From a virus: DNA of 64,000 nucleotides. The translations under genes were made by a program, and so were the position numbers. Below, piece by piece: positions 54,878-64,000 of this stretch. Numbering within the stretch: position 1 is the stretch's first letter; each line of letters begins with the position of its first letter. The notes under the pieces were generated by a model, which ran no database searches, was not told the origin of the DNA, and saw only the letters and a program-made list of their open reading frames with translations. The stretch is from positions 45,877-109,876 of IMG/VR virus record IMGVR_UViG_3300036800_000175, one strand, 5' to 3'.

Positions 54878-55701
54878 GTGCAGGCCCGCATCTGGAACGA
54901 CTCGCGGCTGCCACCCGGAACCCGTGAGCTCACCCTCGCGATGATGTGGGTGCTGCACCGCGAACCGGAGCATCCGCCGGGCGGCGGGTACTGGCGGCGG
55001 GTCCGTGAACTACTCGGCCGCGCCGGGGTCATCACCCGCGCCGGCCACGGGTGGCGGATTCATGACCTGGTAGCCGGCGACGCACCCCGCTACGACCCGG
55101 GTGGCTATTCCTGGGCGAACGGGTCGTGTGAAGGGCCGCGGGTCCGCCCGTACCGGCCGCGCCGCCCCGCCCAGCAGCCGGATCGCTGCCTGGTGTCCGC
55201 GCATCACCCCCACCTCGGGGACTGCCGCTACACCCAGGTCCACTACGCCGGCGGTGACTTCCTGTCCGGCGGGCATCCGCTCACCGGGACGACCACCACC
55301 CGCCCGGACGGCTGGCCCGGTGAACCGGACCGCGACGACCGGGTGTGCGGCGCGCACGCCACCATCGCTGTCACCGAATACGACATGGTGACCGGGTGGG
55401 AAACGGTCCACTGGTTCTGCACCCGGCACCGCGGCCGGGCCGCCGAAGTGTGAAAACCCAGCTCGCCGCGAAAGGTCAGCCGCCGGATCCGATCCCGAAC
55501 CATGGCGGGCACCTGCCCCGCTACTTCACCGCCGACTGGGCGGCGATCTACGCCCGGCATTGCGGGCTGTCGCTGCGGCCGGGGGCGACGTGCTGGCGGC
55601 CGCCGTATCACGGGCTGAACGCTGACGACTGGCCCGTGCCGGGCCGCACCCCGGTCCCGCGGCGGCCACGCCTGTCCATCGTCACCGCCGACGTCTCATG
55701 A
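54878..55701 (+). pseudogene. hypothetical gene, possibly split by a 2-nt duplication at 55450
   Basis: GAA GTG TG AAA; downstream frame continues KTQLAAKGQPP...GGHLPRYF. Confidence 0.35.
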
Positions 55702-55969
55702 GCGGCCCGGACGCAGCGCCGGGCGGGGACTGCCTGTGTGGCCGCGGGCCCGCGCTCGGCACGCTCGCCATCACATCGACCAGGATGCTGCTGCGGTCGT
55801 CGGGCGGCCACGGCGAGGGCACAGTCAGCGCTCCGCCGGGCGTGGCAGAACGCATCTGAGGCTGAGCGTTGCGCCTGGGCGTCACGCGCCAACAGGCGCG
55901 ACCTGACCTGACTGGCGGGTACCCGGCCACGGACAGCCACGATCCGGTACCGGGTACCCGCCGGACGGG

Positions 55970-56308
55970 TCAGGCCATCGCGGCCTGGCGGGCCTGGCGG
56001 GGCGTGCTCGAATCACATTCGATGCACGCGTAACCCTCAGGCGGCGTCCCGCCGCACCATTCACACGGCAGCGGCGTGATCATCTCCGTCGGCGTCCTGC
56101 CGAAAACCTGGGCCATCCGGTCGACAGTGTCAAGCCCGGTCTGCCGGCCCGCCTCAACCAGGTTGACCGTCGCAGCGGGTTTAGCGGCACCCGGGTTGAA
56201 CAACTCACCCAGTTTCTCCTGTGACCAGCCCCGCGCGTTGCGGAGCTGGAACACGTTGGCGGCGAAGATGCCGGCGCTGGTCGGCTGGGGGGTAGCGTCC
56301 GTGGTCAA
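55970..56308 (-). CDS. XRE HTH regulator with C-terminal Zn ribbon
   Basis: FAANVFQLRNARGWSQEKLG...VEAG...LDTVDRMAQVFG; CEWC...CIEC. Confidence 0.75.
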   Translation of the reverse strand: MTTDATPQPTSAGIFAANVFQLRNARGWSQEKLGELFNPGAAKPAATVNLVEAGRQTGLDTVDRMAQVFGRTPTEMITPLPCEWCGGTPPEGYACIECDSSTPRQARQAAMA

Positions 56309-56657
56309 GAGAATGACCTTTCCCGGCCCCCCGGCGCCGCAGCGCCCCGGGGCCGTTTCCATGCGCAGGCAGGCATCCCCTGGCCTGCGCGAACCTGGGG
56401 TTAGGGCCGGGGCAGGAACGGCCGGCATCCCTGCGGGGAGGGGGGGAAACCCTCCGGGATGGTGCCGTCCCTGCCCCCGGCGAGACGGCACCGGCCAGTA
56501 GCCATAAAGCCACGGCAAGTTACCGCCCTGGGAGCATTCTGGATCACCGCAGGTAACCTGTCCACCCGCATCCACCAGCAGGTACCTGCGAATAACCGTG
56601 GTGTCATGCCATGCTTGCGCCGCCCCCCGCTTTGCCTAGGCAACCCGGGGGCGGATT

Positions 56658-57506
56658 GTGGCGATTCAGCGGCCATGCGCACGACGCGAACGGTGCCGGT
56701 CCGCAGAAACCACCGTCATAGACGGCGAAACCATCACCACCCCAGCGCAAACACCCGGCACATACTGCCGCTCCGACCGGAACCTGATCTACCGCAGCCT
56801 GGCCAGCCTCCCCGAACTGTGGGTCCGCCTGCACCTCGAGCTATCGGTCAAAGCCACCGCGTCCGGCGATAAGGTCGCCGGGTCACGCACCCCGCCCGTC
56901 CCACCGAACCTGGCTGCGGACGCCCTGATGCGCGAAACCCTCACCGTCCTCGCCGCGTGGGATGAGCGGATCCGCACCGCCGCCCACCTGACCCGCCCCG
57001 ACACGCAACTGTCCCGGCTCCGCCGCGACGGCCCGGCGCTGGACGGCATGGTCCGCACCTTGCTCGCCCACCTGGACGGCCTGCTCGCCCTGCCTGCGGA
57101 TGCGATGTGCCGCGCATACCCGATCGACTCCCATGAAGACATCGGCCGTCTCCCCGAAGGCTGCTACGGCCGGTCGAATCGCACCGGCGGATACGCCGAT
57201 GTCGCAGTTGAGCTCTCGGGCGCGGACGCCGGTGAGGATATCCTGCGGCTGCACCACCGGGCCCGCGCGTTCCTGGGTGAGACCCGGATGTGCGAGCGGC
57301 TGGACGTGCCGTGCCCGGGTTGCGACCTGCTCATGCTCGAGCGGCGGCAAGGCTCGGAGTACGCGGCGGAATGCCGCGAATGCGGGCGGCTGCTCACCAC
57401 CCCTGAACTGCATCAGTGGGCCCGGCTGTTCGCCGCCCACCTGGTCGCCGTCGGTGTCGCCACACCGGCCCATCTCGCCGCCGCGGGCATGGCCGCCGCA
57501 TCGTGA
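56658..57506 (+). CDS. conserved actinophage protein with C-terminal Zn ribbon (late-regulator slot)
   Basis: PPVPPNLAA...VPCPGC...ECRECG. Confidence 0.6.
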   Translation: MAIQRPCARRERCRSAETTVIDGETITTPAQTPGTYCRSDRNLIYRSLASLPELWVRLHLELSVKATASGDKVAGSRTPPVPPNLAADALMRETLTVLAAWDERIRTAAHLTRPDTQLSRLRRDGPALDGMVRTLLAHLDGLLALPADAMCRAYPIDSHEDIGRLPEGCYGRSNRTGGYADVAVELSGADAGEDILRLHHRARAFLGETRMCERLDVPCPGCDLLMLERRQGSEYAAECRECGRLLTTPELHQWARLFAAHLVAVGVATPAHLAAAGMAAAS

Positions 57507-59184
57507 CCGCAGCTGAGCCGTTCTGGTCCGACGATCAGGTGACGCTGCATCTGGGTGACTGTTTGGAGGTCATGGCGGGTCTGGACGACGCATCGGTTGA
57601 TGCTGTCGTCACCGACCCGCCGTATTTAGGGCCTTGAGTTCATGGGCCGCGAGTGGGACACCTTCAAGGGCGAGGCGTGGCGCACGGGAGCCGGGCTGAG
57701 CAAGCCGGGACTAGGTCCCCGGCCGACTGCGTGGCCGGCGTTCGGTGGATCAGACTCTGCAAATGCGACCTGCGCGCTGTGTGGCGGCCGGATGCGGGGA
57801 GCCCGTAAGTGCGGCTGCCCAGAACCCGACTGGCGCGTGAAAGGGCGCCCGCTCAGCGAACGCGATAACCGGGCACCGCAGATGCGCGCCTACCAGGCGT
57901 GGTGCGAGAGCTGGGCGGCGGAGTGCCTGCGGGTGCTCCGCCCGGGCGGCCACCTGCTGGCCTTTGGCGGGACGCGGACGTATCACCGGCTGGTCTGCGG
58001 TATTGAGGACGCCGGATTTGAGGTGAGGGACTCGCTGCACTGGATTTACGGCAGCGGGTTCTTACCTGTTCCCGAAATCGCTGGACGTGTCCAAAGCCAT
58101 CGACCGTGCCGCCGGCGCTGAGCGCGAGGTGACCGGCCAGTACGCCAGCCCAGAGGGAACGACGGGGCTGGCCAGCCGCGACGATGAGTTCGGGTTCGGG
58201 CTCGGTGACATGAGCAAGCGCCTGGTCACCGCTCCCGCGACCGAGGATGCCGTCCGCTGGTCGGGATGGGGTAGTGCGCTTAAACCTGCCCATGAGCCGA
58301 TCGTCGTGGCCCGCAAGCCCCTAGCGGGGACGGTGGCACAGAACGTGCTCGAGCACGGCACGGGTGCGCTGAACGTGGACGGCTGCCGGGTGGGGCACGC
58401 CGGCGCAGCTGATCTTGCCGTGTCCCGGGCGAAGAACCCCGGCCGCGGCGACACCGCAACGTCGGACGTGTACGGCGCGGGCCGCCCGCAGCAGTCGGTG
58501 AACGACGCTGGCCGGTGGCCGCCGAACGTCCTGCTCACCCACGCCGCCGGATGCCAGCGGGCCGGGACACGGCAGGTCCGCGGCGGCATGGCATCACCCA
58601 ACAGCGGTGCGATCGGCAGCGGCCAGATCTACCGCACGGCCGCCGCCCGCGCGGATGGTGACTTCGGCGGTGGCTATATCGGCCCGGACGGTACCGAGAC
58701 GGTAGAAGCGTGGGACTGCACGGCTGGCTGCCCGGTGGCCGAACTAGACCGCCAAAGCGGAAGCGTCCGCAGCAGCGGCGTCTACACCCCCGTCGACCAC
58801 GGCCCGAACGGCAACGCTAAGGCCACCAGCTTCCCCGGGCCGGGCGTGCCCGGCAGCATGTACGCCGACGCCGGCGGTGCGTCCCGGTTCTTCCCCGTCT
58901 TCCGCTATGAGGCCAAAGCCAGCGCAGCCGAGCGGCCCCGCAACGCAGACGGCACCGCGCACCCCACGGTCAAGCCCGTCGATCTTCTCGCATGGCTGGT
59001 GCGGCTCGTGACGCCACCGGGCGGGCTGGTGCTCGATCCGTTCGCCGGGTCCGGGACGACCGCAGAGGCGTGCATCGTTGAGGGCTTCCGCTGCGTCCTG
59101 ATCGAACGGGATCCCGCCTACATGGGGCTGATCCGCGCCCGGTTGCGGCGGGGGATCCAGCCAGGCCTGTTCGGTGGCGGCTAG
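57503..59184 (+). pseudogene. N6-adenine/N4-cytosine DNA methylase interrupted by two small insertions
   Basis: GDCL, TDPPY|GLEFMG, YGSG|FPKS, LKPAHEPI, HPTVKP, LDPFAGSGTT spread over three frames. Confidence 0.85.
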
Positions 59185-59516
59185 CCGATGTGGGTCCACC
59201 GCACCGGGTACGTCAGGCCACGGTCAGAGGTGACCGTCATCTCATGGGACTGCCCGGGTAGCAGCCGGGCGAGGACCTCCGTGCCCGCGGTGGCGATGAC
59301 GCGGACTGCGCCCTGATCGTCCAGCGCATCGGCGCCGCTGACGGACCGTTCGATCAGCGAATAGCCGCCGCAGCACTGGAACATGATGACGTCCCGGCCA
59401 CCGCCGGGCAGGTTCGTGCTGATCGACCCGGGCGGGTCCGACGGGGTCATGGTCACCGCTTCCGCCCAGCCGCCCGCGCCGTCCCGCTGGACATCAACCC
59501 GCAAACATGCAGCCAT
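59181..59516 (-). CDS. hypothetical protein
   Basis: 111 aa, opposite strand. Confidence 0.45.
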   Translation of the reverse strand: MAACLRVDVQRDGAGGWAEAVTMTPSDPPGSISTNLPGGGRDVIMFQCCGGYSLIERSVSGADALDDQGAVRVIATAGTEVLARLLPGQSHEMTVTSDRGLTYPVRWTHIG

Positions 59517-59550
59517 GCCGCAAGGGTAGCGGCCCGCACCCCACCCTGAC

Positions 59551-59579
59551 TTGACTCTCCGCGCGTACCCTGTCACGCT
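59551..59579 (+). promoter_or_regulatory. candidate late promoter
   Basis: TTGACT-N17-CACGCT. Confidence 0.5.
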
Positions 59580-59597
59580 GCGTGCGTTAGGACAACC

Positions 59598-59639
59598 ATG
59601 ACCTGAACCCCCCGCGCGGGTTCGGGTCATTTCGCATTT
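59598..59639 (+). terminator. leader hairpin terminator/attenuator
   Basis: ATGACCTGAACCC...GGGTTCGGGTCAT followed by TTCGCATTT. Confidence 0.6.
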
Positions 59640-59645
59640 CCGGGG

Positions 59646-59903
59646 GTGATCACCACGCTGATCACCCGCGGAGACGGCTACATCACCGGCCCCCAAGCCG
59701 CCCAGCTCGCCGGCGTAGACCCGGCCACGATCCGCAAATGGCGGCAACGCGGCCACCTGCGGGCACGCGGCCTGGACGAACACGGCAACCCGCTGTACCA
59801 CCCCGACGACGTCGCCCGCGCCGACAAACACGTCCGCGACAACGGGCTCCGCACCTCCGGGATCGACCCGCGGGCGCTGCGGCAGCGGAAGGCGGCGGCC
59901 TGA
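59646..59903 (+). CDS. MerR-type HTH DNA-binding protein
   Basis: TGPQAAQLAGVDPATIRKWRQRGHL...PLY. Confidence 0.8.
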   Translation: MITTLITRGDGYITGPQAAQLAGVDPATIRKWRQRGHLRARGLDEHGNPLYHPDDVARADKHVRDNGLRTSGIDPRALRQRKAAA

Positions 59904-60283
59904 TGGCCATGTCCTGGTGGCCACGGCCGCAACCATGCAACCACGGCGAGATCCTCACCCAACTCGGAACCATCCAAGAATCACTGCGTGACCTGCACAG
60001 AAAGGCAGACAACCTGATGGCTGCTAGTGACGACATCGCCGCGGCGGTAGCCGCGTTGCAGAGCGAGGAAACCGGCGTCGCCGCGACCGCGGCGGACCTC
60101 ACCACCGCCGCGGCGAACATCCAGGCCGAGCTGGCCGCGCTCGCCGCAGCCAATCCGTCGGTGGACACGACCGCGCTGAACGCCGCCGTCGCCGGCCTGG
60201 CCCCCGTGCAGCAGCAGCTCACGGCCGCGCAGTCCGCGGTGGACGCCCTCGAAACCCCGCCCGCTCCGCCGCCGTCCAGCTGA
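59903..60283 (+). CDS. coiled-coil hypothetical protein
   Basis: Ala-rich heptads; TGATG coupling. Confidence 0.55.
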   Translation: MAMSWWPRPQPCNHGEILTQLGTIQESLRDLHRKADNLMAASDDIAAAVAALQSEETGVAATAADLTTAAANIQAELAALAAANPSVDTTALNAAVAGLAPVQQQLTAAQSAVDALETPPAPPPSS

Positions 60284-60383
60284 TCAACCCCGCGTTCCGC
60301 CGCCCGGGTTTTACCGCTCGGCCCGGGCGGCGGAACACCCCCCTGCATCGGAAACATCCTGGGATACGCAAGGGATCAGACAC

Positions 60384-60854
60384 ATGCCAGCAGCCAACCC
60401 CCTGCGTGACGCGCAGGCCCTCGGCTACCGCGCCCGCGGCTGGACGTATGAGCGCATCGCGAACGAGATGGGCTACGCCAACCGTTCCGGAGCCCAGAAA
60501 GCCGTGGAACGGGCCATGGCTACCGCGGTGCGGGAAACCACTGAGGCGGCCAAGACGCTGCTGCTGGCCGACCTGAACGCGCTCAAGAAAGAAGCGTGGG
60601 GCGTGCTCGAGGCGACCCACATCACCGTGTCGCATGGCCAGGTCGTCAGGATCGAAGGCCCGGACGGTGAGAAAGTCCCCATCCCCGACGATGGGCCGGT
60701 GCTGAACGCGATCGACCGGATCGTGCGGATCGACGCGGAGATAGCGAAGATCTACGGTGCCTACGCACCGACCCGCAGCGAGGTGCTGACCATGGACGCG
60801 GTAGAGGCGGAGATCGTCCGCCTCGAGGCGGAAGTCGGCCGCGCTGCCGACTAG
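60384..60854 (+). CDS. terminase small subunit (putative)
   Basis: RARGWTYERIANEMGY...GA..AV.RA HTH; AIDRIVRI; directly before terL. Confidence 0.7.
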   Translation: MPAANPLRDAQALGYRARGWTYERIANEMGYANRSGAQKAVERAMATAVRETTEAAKTLLLADLNALKKEAWGVLEATHITVSHGQVVRIEGPDGEKVPIPDDGPVLNAIDRIVRIDAEIAKIYGAYAPTRSEVLTMDAVEAEIVRLEAEVGRAAD

Positions 60855-60861
60855 CAGGGCC

Positions 60862-62541
60862 GTGCCTGACCCATTCGCCGCGATGCGGCTGGACCGGCTG
60901 CGGCGACTCCGCGACCTGCAACGCGAGGCCGAGCGGATCAACCGTGGCGTGGCCCGCTACTACGACGACCCGGTCGGGTTCGCCCGCGACTGCATCGACT
61001 GGCACGGCGACGGACTGACCGGCTACCAGCAGGAAATCATCGGGGAACTGCCATCCCGCAAGCGCATCGCGGTCCGGGGTCCGCACGGGCTGGGGAAAGG
61101 GTGCACAGCGTCAGTTGTCATCCTCTGGTTCGCGTTGACCCGCGACGCGGCCGGGGTGGACTGGAAGGTTCCGACCACAGCCGGATCCTGGCATCAGCTG
61201 GTGCAGTATTTGTGGCCGGAACTGCACAAGTGGGCTGGCCGGCTCCGGTGGGATGTGGTCCGCGACGGCCGCCCGTTCTCCCGCGCGAACGAGTTGCAAA
61301 ACCTGAACCTCCGCCTCGCTCACGGCGCCGCGTTCGCCGGGGCGTCCGCGAACGCGGCCCTCATCGAAGGTGCGCACGCCGACAGTCTGCTGTTCGTGTT
61401 CGATGAGGCGAAAGCCATCCCGGCGGGCACGTTCGACGCGTGCGAAGGCGCGTTCTCCGGCACAGGTGAGGCGTTCGCCCTGGCCCTCTCGACACCGGGG
61501 GCGCCGCAGGGCCGGTTCTATGACATCCAGTCCCGCCGCGCCGGTTATGAGGACTGGTACGCCCGCCACGTCACCCTAGACGAAGCCCTCAAGGCAGGCC
61601 GGATCAGCCCGGACTGGGCTGAGCAGCGGGCCCGCCAGTGGGGCAAAACGTCCGCGATCTACGTCAACCGCGTCCTAGGCGAGTTCCACGCCGGCGACGA
61701 AGACTCCGTCATCCCCCTCGCCTGGGCTGAGGCGGCGGTCGAACGGTGGCACGAGTGGGCCGCCGCAGGGAAACCCGATACGGGATTCCCCCGCACGGTC
61801 GGCGTCGACGTCGCAAGGACCGGCCAGGACAAGACGGTGCTCGCGATCCGCAACGGCCCGGTCCTGACGGAGCTGCGGCGGTACACCAAAGAAGACACCA
61901 TGCAAACCACCGGGCATGTGATGGGTGTCCTCGAGGCGGGCCGGGACCGGACCGCGATCGTGGATGTCGTTGGTATCGGCGCGGGTGTGGTGGACCGCCT
62001 GTTTGAGCTCGGCGCGCTGGTCACCCCGTTCAACGCCTCAGGTGCGTCCCGGCAGCGGGATGTGTCTGGTGAGCTCGGCTTCACCAACCTCCGCAGTGAG
62101 GCGTGGTGGTCGCTGCGTGAGCAGCTGGACCCGTCCGCGGGCCCGGATGTGTGCCTGCCCGATGATGAGATGCTGCTGAGCGACTTGAGCGCGCCGCAGT
62201 GGGAGGTCAAGTCGGGCGGGAAAATCCAGGTCGAATCGAAAGACACGATCGCGAAGCGGCTGGGCCGGTCGACGGACGATGGTGATGCGGCGGTGCAGGC
62301 GTTCCACCCGCAATCCCTGCCGCACACGGCGTCGGTGCGGCCGTGGTCGGGTGGCCGGGATCTGGATCGTGTCGCGGCTGGGACCAGGCCGCCGTTCCAA
62401 CGGCCGGAAGACAGGCACCGTGACCCGCTCGCCCCCTCGAGGCGGCCGGATGTGTGGGATGAGGATTCGTTCGCCCCGCAACCCGACGACGGCACCGCCG
62501 GCCGCCGCGGCGAGCGGCCCAACGTCAGGGGGTGGCGATGA
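60862..62541 (+). CDS. terL: terminase large subunit
   Basis: VRGPHGLGK, FVFDEA, STP, RVLGEF, GVDVAR.GQD.TV, DVVGIGAGVVD, GRSTDDGDA. Confidence 0.9.
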   Translation: MPDPFAAMRLDRLRRLRDLQREAERINRGVARYYDDPVGFARDCIDWHGDGLTGYQQEIIGELPSRKRIAVRGPHGLGKGCTASVVILWFALTRDAAGVDWKVPTTAGSWHQLVQYLWPELHKWAGRLRWDVVRDGRPFSRANELQNLNLRLAHGAAFAGASANAALIEGAHADSLLFVFDEAKAIPAGTFDACEGAFSGTGEAFALALSTPGAPQGRFYDIQSRRAGYEDWYARHVTLDEALKAGRISPDWAEQRARQWGKTSAIYVNRVLGEFHAGDEDSVIPLAWAEAAVERWHEWAAAGKPDTGFPRTVGVDVARTGQDKTVLAIRNGPVLTELRRYTKEDTMQTTGHVMGVLEAGRDRTAIVDVVGIGAGVVDRLFELGALVTPFNASGASRQRDVSGELGFTNLRSEAWWSLREQLDPSAGPDVCLPDDEMLLSDLSAPQWEVKSGGKIQVESKDTIAKRLGRSTDDGDAAVQAFHPQSLPHTASVRPWSGGRDLDRVAAGTRPPFQRPEDRHRDPLAPSRRPDVWDEDSFAPQPDDGTAGRRGERPNVRGWR

Positions 62542-62729
62542 GCAACCGCCGTAAGCTGCGCCGCGCCCGCCCGGCCGCCTGGGCAGGATGGCGGCAGATC
62601 GGCACGACCACCCCGGAGCCCGACGCGTTCCGCCCGGCGCCACCTGCGCCCCCAAGGCCGAACGTCGTCTACGGGCCGGGCGAACTGTTCATGGCGCGTC
62701 CTGGCGGCCAATGGCAGAGGATCGGCTGA
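62538..62729 (+). CDS. hypothetical protein
   Basis: ATGA coupling to terL. Confidence 0.45.
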   Translation: MSNRRKLRRARPAAWAGWRQIGTTTPEPDAFRPAPPAPPRPNVVYGPGELFMARPGGQWQRIG

Positions 62730-62730
62730 A

Positions 62731-62964
62731 ATGGCTCCGCCGATCTTGTACACCGCGCTGACCGACCTCAAGGTGTCCAGCATGACCGCGAGTTGGCCAT
62801 GCCCGGCCGGGCATGTGCTGCCGTTGGATCCGGCGAAACCGTCCACCCAGCTGCTGCTAGCCGCTGGATCCATCACGGTCGCCGGGCCCGGCGCGGTTGA
62901 TAACACGACCCCGGCCCGCATGGTCCGCGGCATCCCCGGCATCCGCGTCGCCGTCTCCAACTAG
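62731..62964 (+). CDS. hypothetical protein
   Basis: 77 aa between terL and portal. Confidence 0.5.
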   Translation: MAPPILYTALTDLKVSSMTASWPCPAGHVLPLDPAKPSTQLLLAAGSITVAGPGAVDNTTPARMVRGIPGIRVAVSN

Positions 62965-63065
62965 CACCCATCGCTCATACAGCGGGTCTGTGGTGTCCAG
63001 GCACAGGCAGGTGCAGTCCGGGTCGGCCCACACCTTGCCGCAGCCCAGGCACCGCCACCAGCCCG

Positions 63066-63332
63066 TCATACGGCGGGCCAGCCGTACTGTTCGGCCAGGC
63101 CCGCCAACTCGGCGGCTTTGAGCCCGTGCATCGCGACGTACAGCCGCGGCACCCGCCACGCACCCACGCCGTCCACGCGGATCGGGATGACCGCAGGCAG
63201 GCCGGCGACCACATCCAGGTACGCGTCGCGTGCGTCGCTGCTGAGCTGGTGAACGGCGCCGCATGGGCAGCCGGCTACCGCGACCAGCCGCCCGCCGTCG
63301 TCGTCGTCCGCTCCTACCCCCGTCAGATCCAT
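63066..63332 (-). CDS. hypothetical protein inserted antisense between terL and portal
   Basis: CPCG..H; WRVPRLYVAMHGL. Confidence 0.45.
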   Translation of the reverse strand: MDLTGVGADDDDGGRLVAVAGCPCGAVHQLSSDARDAYLDVVAGLPAVIPIRVDGVGAWRVPRLYVAMHGLKAAELAGLAEQYGWPAV

Positions 63333-63368
63333 GACGCCCGATGATCGCATGACACGCGGGGGGCGAGC

Positions 63369-64000
63369 ATGGCGGACGCCCAGGTAGCCCGGCTGGCGAA
63401 GTTCCCCGACCTGAAAGCCAAAACCCGGAACACGCTGCTCGGCGGCGAGGCAGGCACACAGTTCGACCTGGGTGAGCGGCTGTTCGCCGCCTACGCCGAC
63501 GGCGACGTCCTCGACTACGGCGAGTTCACCGCCCGCGACTACACCACCATGCTGTCCCGCGACGGCCAGGCTGCGGCGATCGAATCGGTGCTGACCCTGC
63601 CGCTGCGGCAGGCCAACTATGCGATCACCCCCGCCAAACACGATCAGGGTGAGGCGGAGTTCGTCCGGTCCGTGATCATGGCACCCGCGACGGCGGGCGG
63701 GATGAAAACACCGTTCGGCACGGTCATCGGGCAGATGACCTCCGCGCAGATCTACAAAAAAGCGTTCTTTGAGAAGGTGTGGGAGCGCCGCGAGTCGGAC
63801 GGCAAAATCGTGTACGCCAAACTGGCGTACCGGCCGCCCGCGACGTGCGAGTTGAAGCGGGACGCGCAGACCGCCGATGAGGACGGGTTCCGGCAGCAGG
63901 TCTGGTTGTACGGCGGTGAACTGCGGACCCGGCATCAGAAAATCCCCGGCTGGGTGGACATCCCCAAAATCCGCTCCTACGTGTATATCCACGGGAAACA
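63369..64000 (+). CDS. portal protein, DUF935-like (truncated by window edge)
   Basis: Open frame MADAQVARL...MLSRDGQAAAIESVLTLPLRQA...AFFEKVW...KLAYRPP after terL. Confidence 0.75.
   Translation, partial: MADAQVARLAKFPDLKAKTRNTLLGGEAGTQFDLGERLFAAYADGDVLDYGEFTARDYTTMLSRDGQAAAIESVLTLPLRQANYAITPAKHDQGEAEFVRSVIMAPATAGGMKTPFGTVIGQMTSAQIYKKAFFEKVWERRESDGKIVYAKLAYRPPATCELKRDAQTADEDGFRQQVWLYGGELRTRHQKIPGWVDIPKIRSYVYIHGK

Noticed and set aside
61096-61110. Intein at the TerL Walker A (Cys close after GK)
   Set aside because: No insertion and no HN/splicing motifs; spacing to the downstream motifs looks normal
1-64000. tRNA, rRNA or CRISPR arrays
   Set aside because: None recognised by eye; tRNAscan-SE and Infernal would be needed to exclude them

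Overview
High-GC actinobacterial temperate phage genome segment. It runs from the end of the lysis cassette (holin-like gene, GH25 endolysin) through the non-structural half to the packaging genes (terS, terL, start of a DUF935-type portal). I recognise no integrase. Instead there is a plasmid-type replicon (pLR7/pMSC262-like Rep, ParA plus a small partner, a probable antisense control RNA), so the prophage is probably a phage-plasmid. Standard temperate-phage modules are present: a CI/Cro-like switch, exonuclease plus Gp3-like protein, HNH, and a replication initiator with iteron-like repeats. DNA modification genes include queC-queE-queD led by a TGT-fold candidate DpdA-like gene, a C5 methylase, and an N6/N4 methylase broken by two tiny insertions at conserved motifs. 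An ~10 kb module resembles an actinomycete TraB/Spd conjugation region: Kor-like GntR repressor, WhiB, NlpC/P60, transglycosylase, membrane proteins, an FtsK translocase, a DUF2637 protein and arrays of TGGNCCA palindromes. Best candidates for novelty: (1) a 59-aa secreted pro-peptide with two tandem cores ASPDM[Y/F]HG, missed by the ORF track (possible arbitrium-like signal); (2) a phage-plasmid with a TraB-like conjugation operon built on a host-type FtsK motor; (3) a possible new DpdA family; (4) a WhiA-HTH/WhiB/DUF397 set of developmental regulators. All family calls come from motif recognition by eye, not from database searches.
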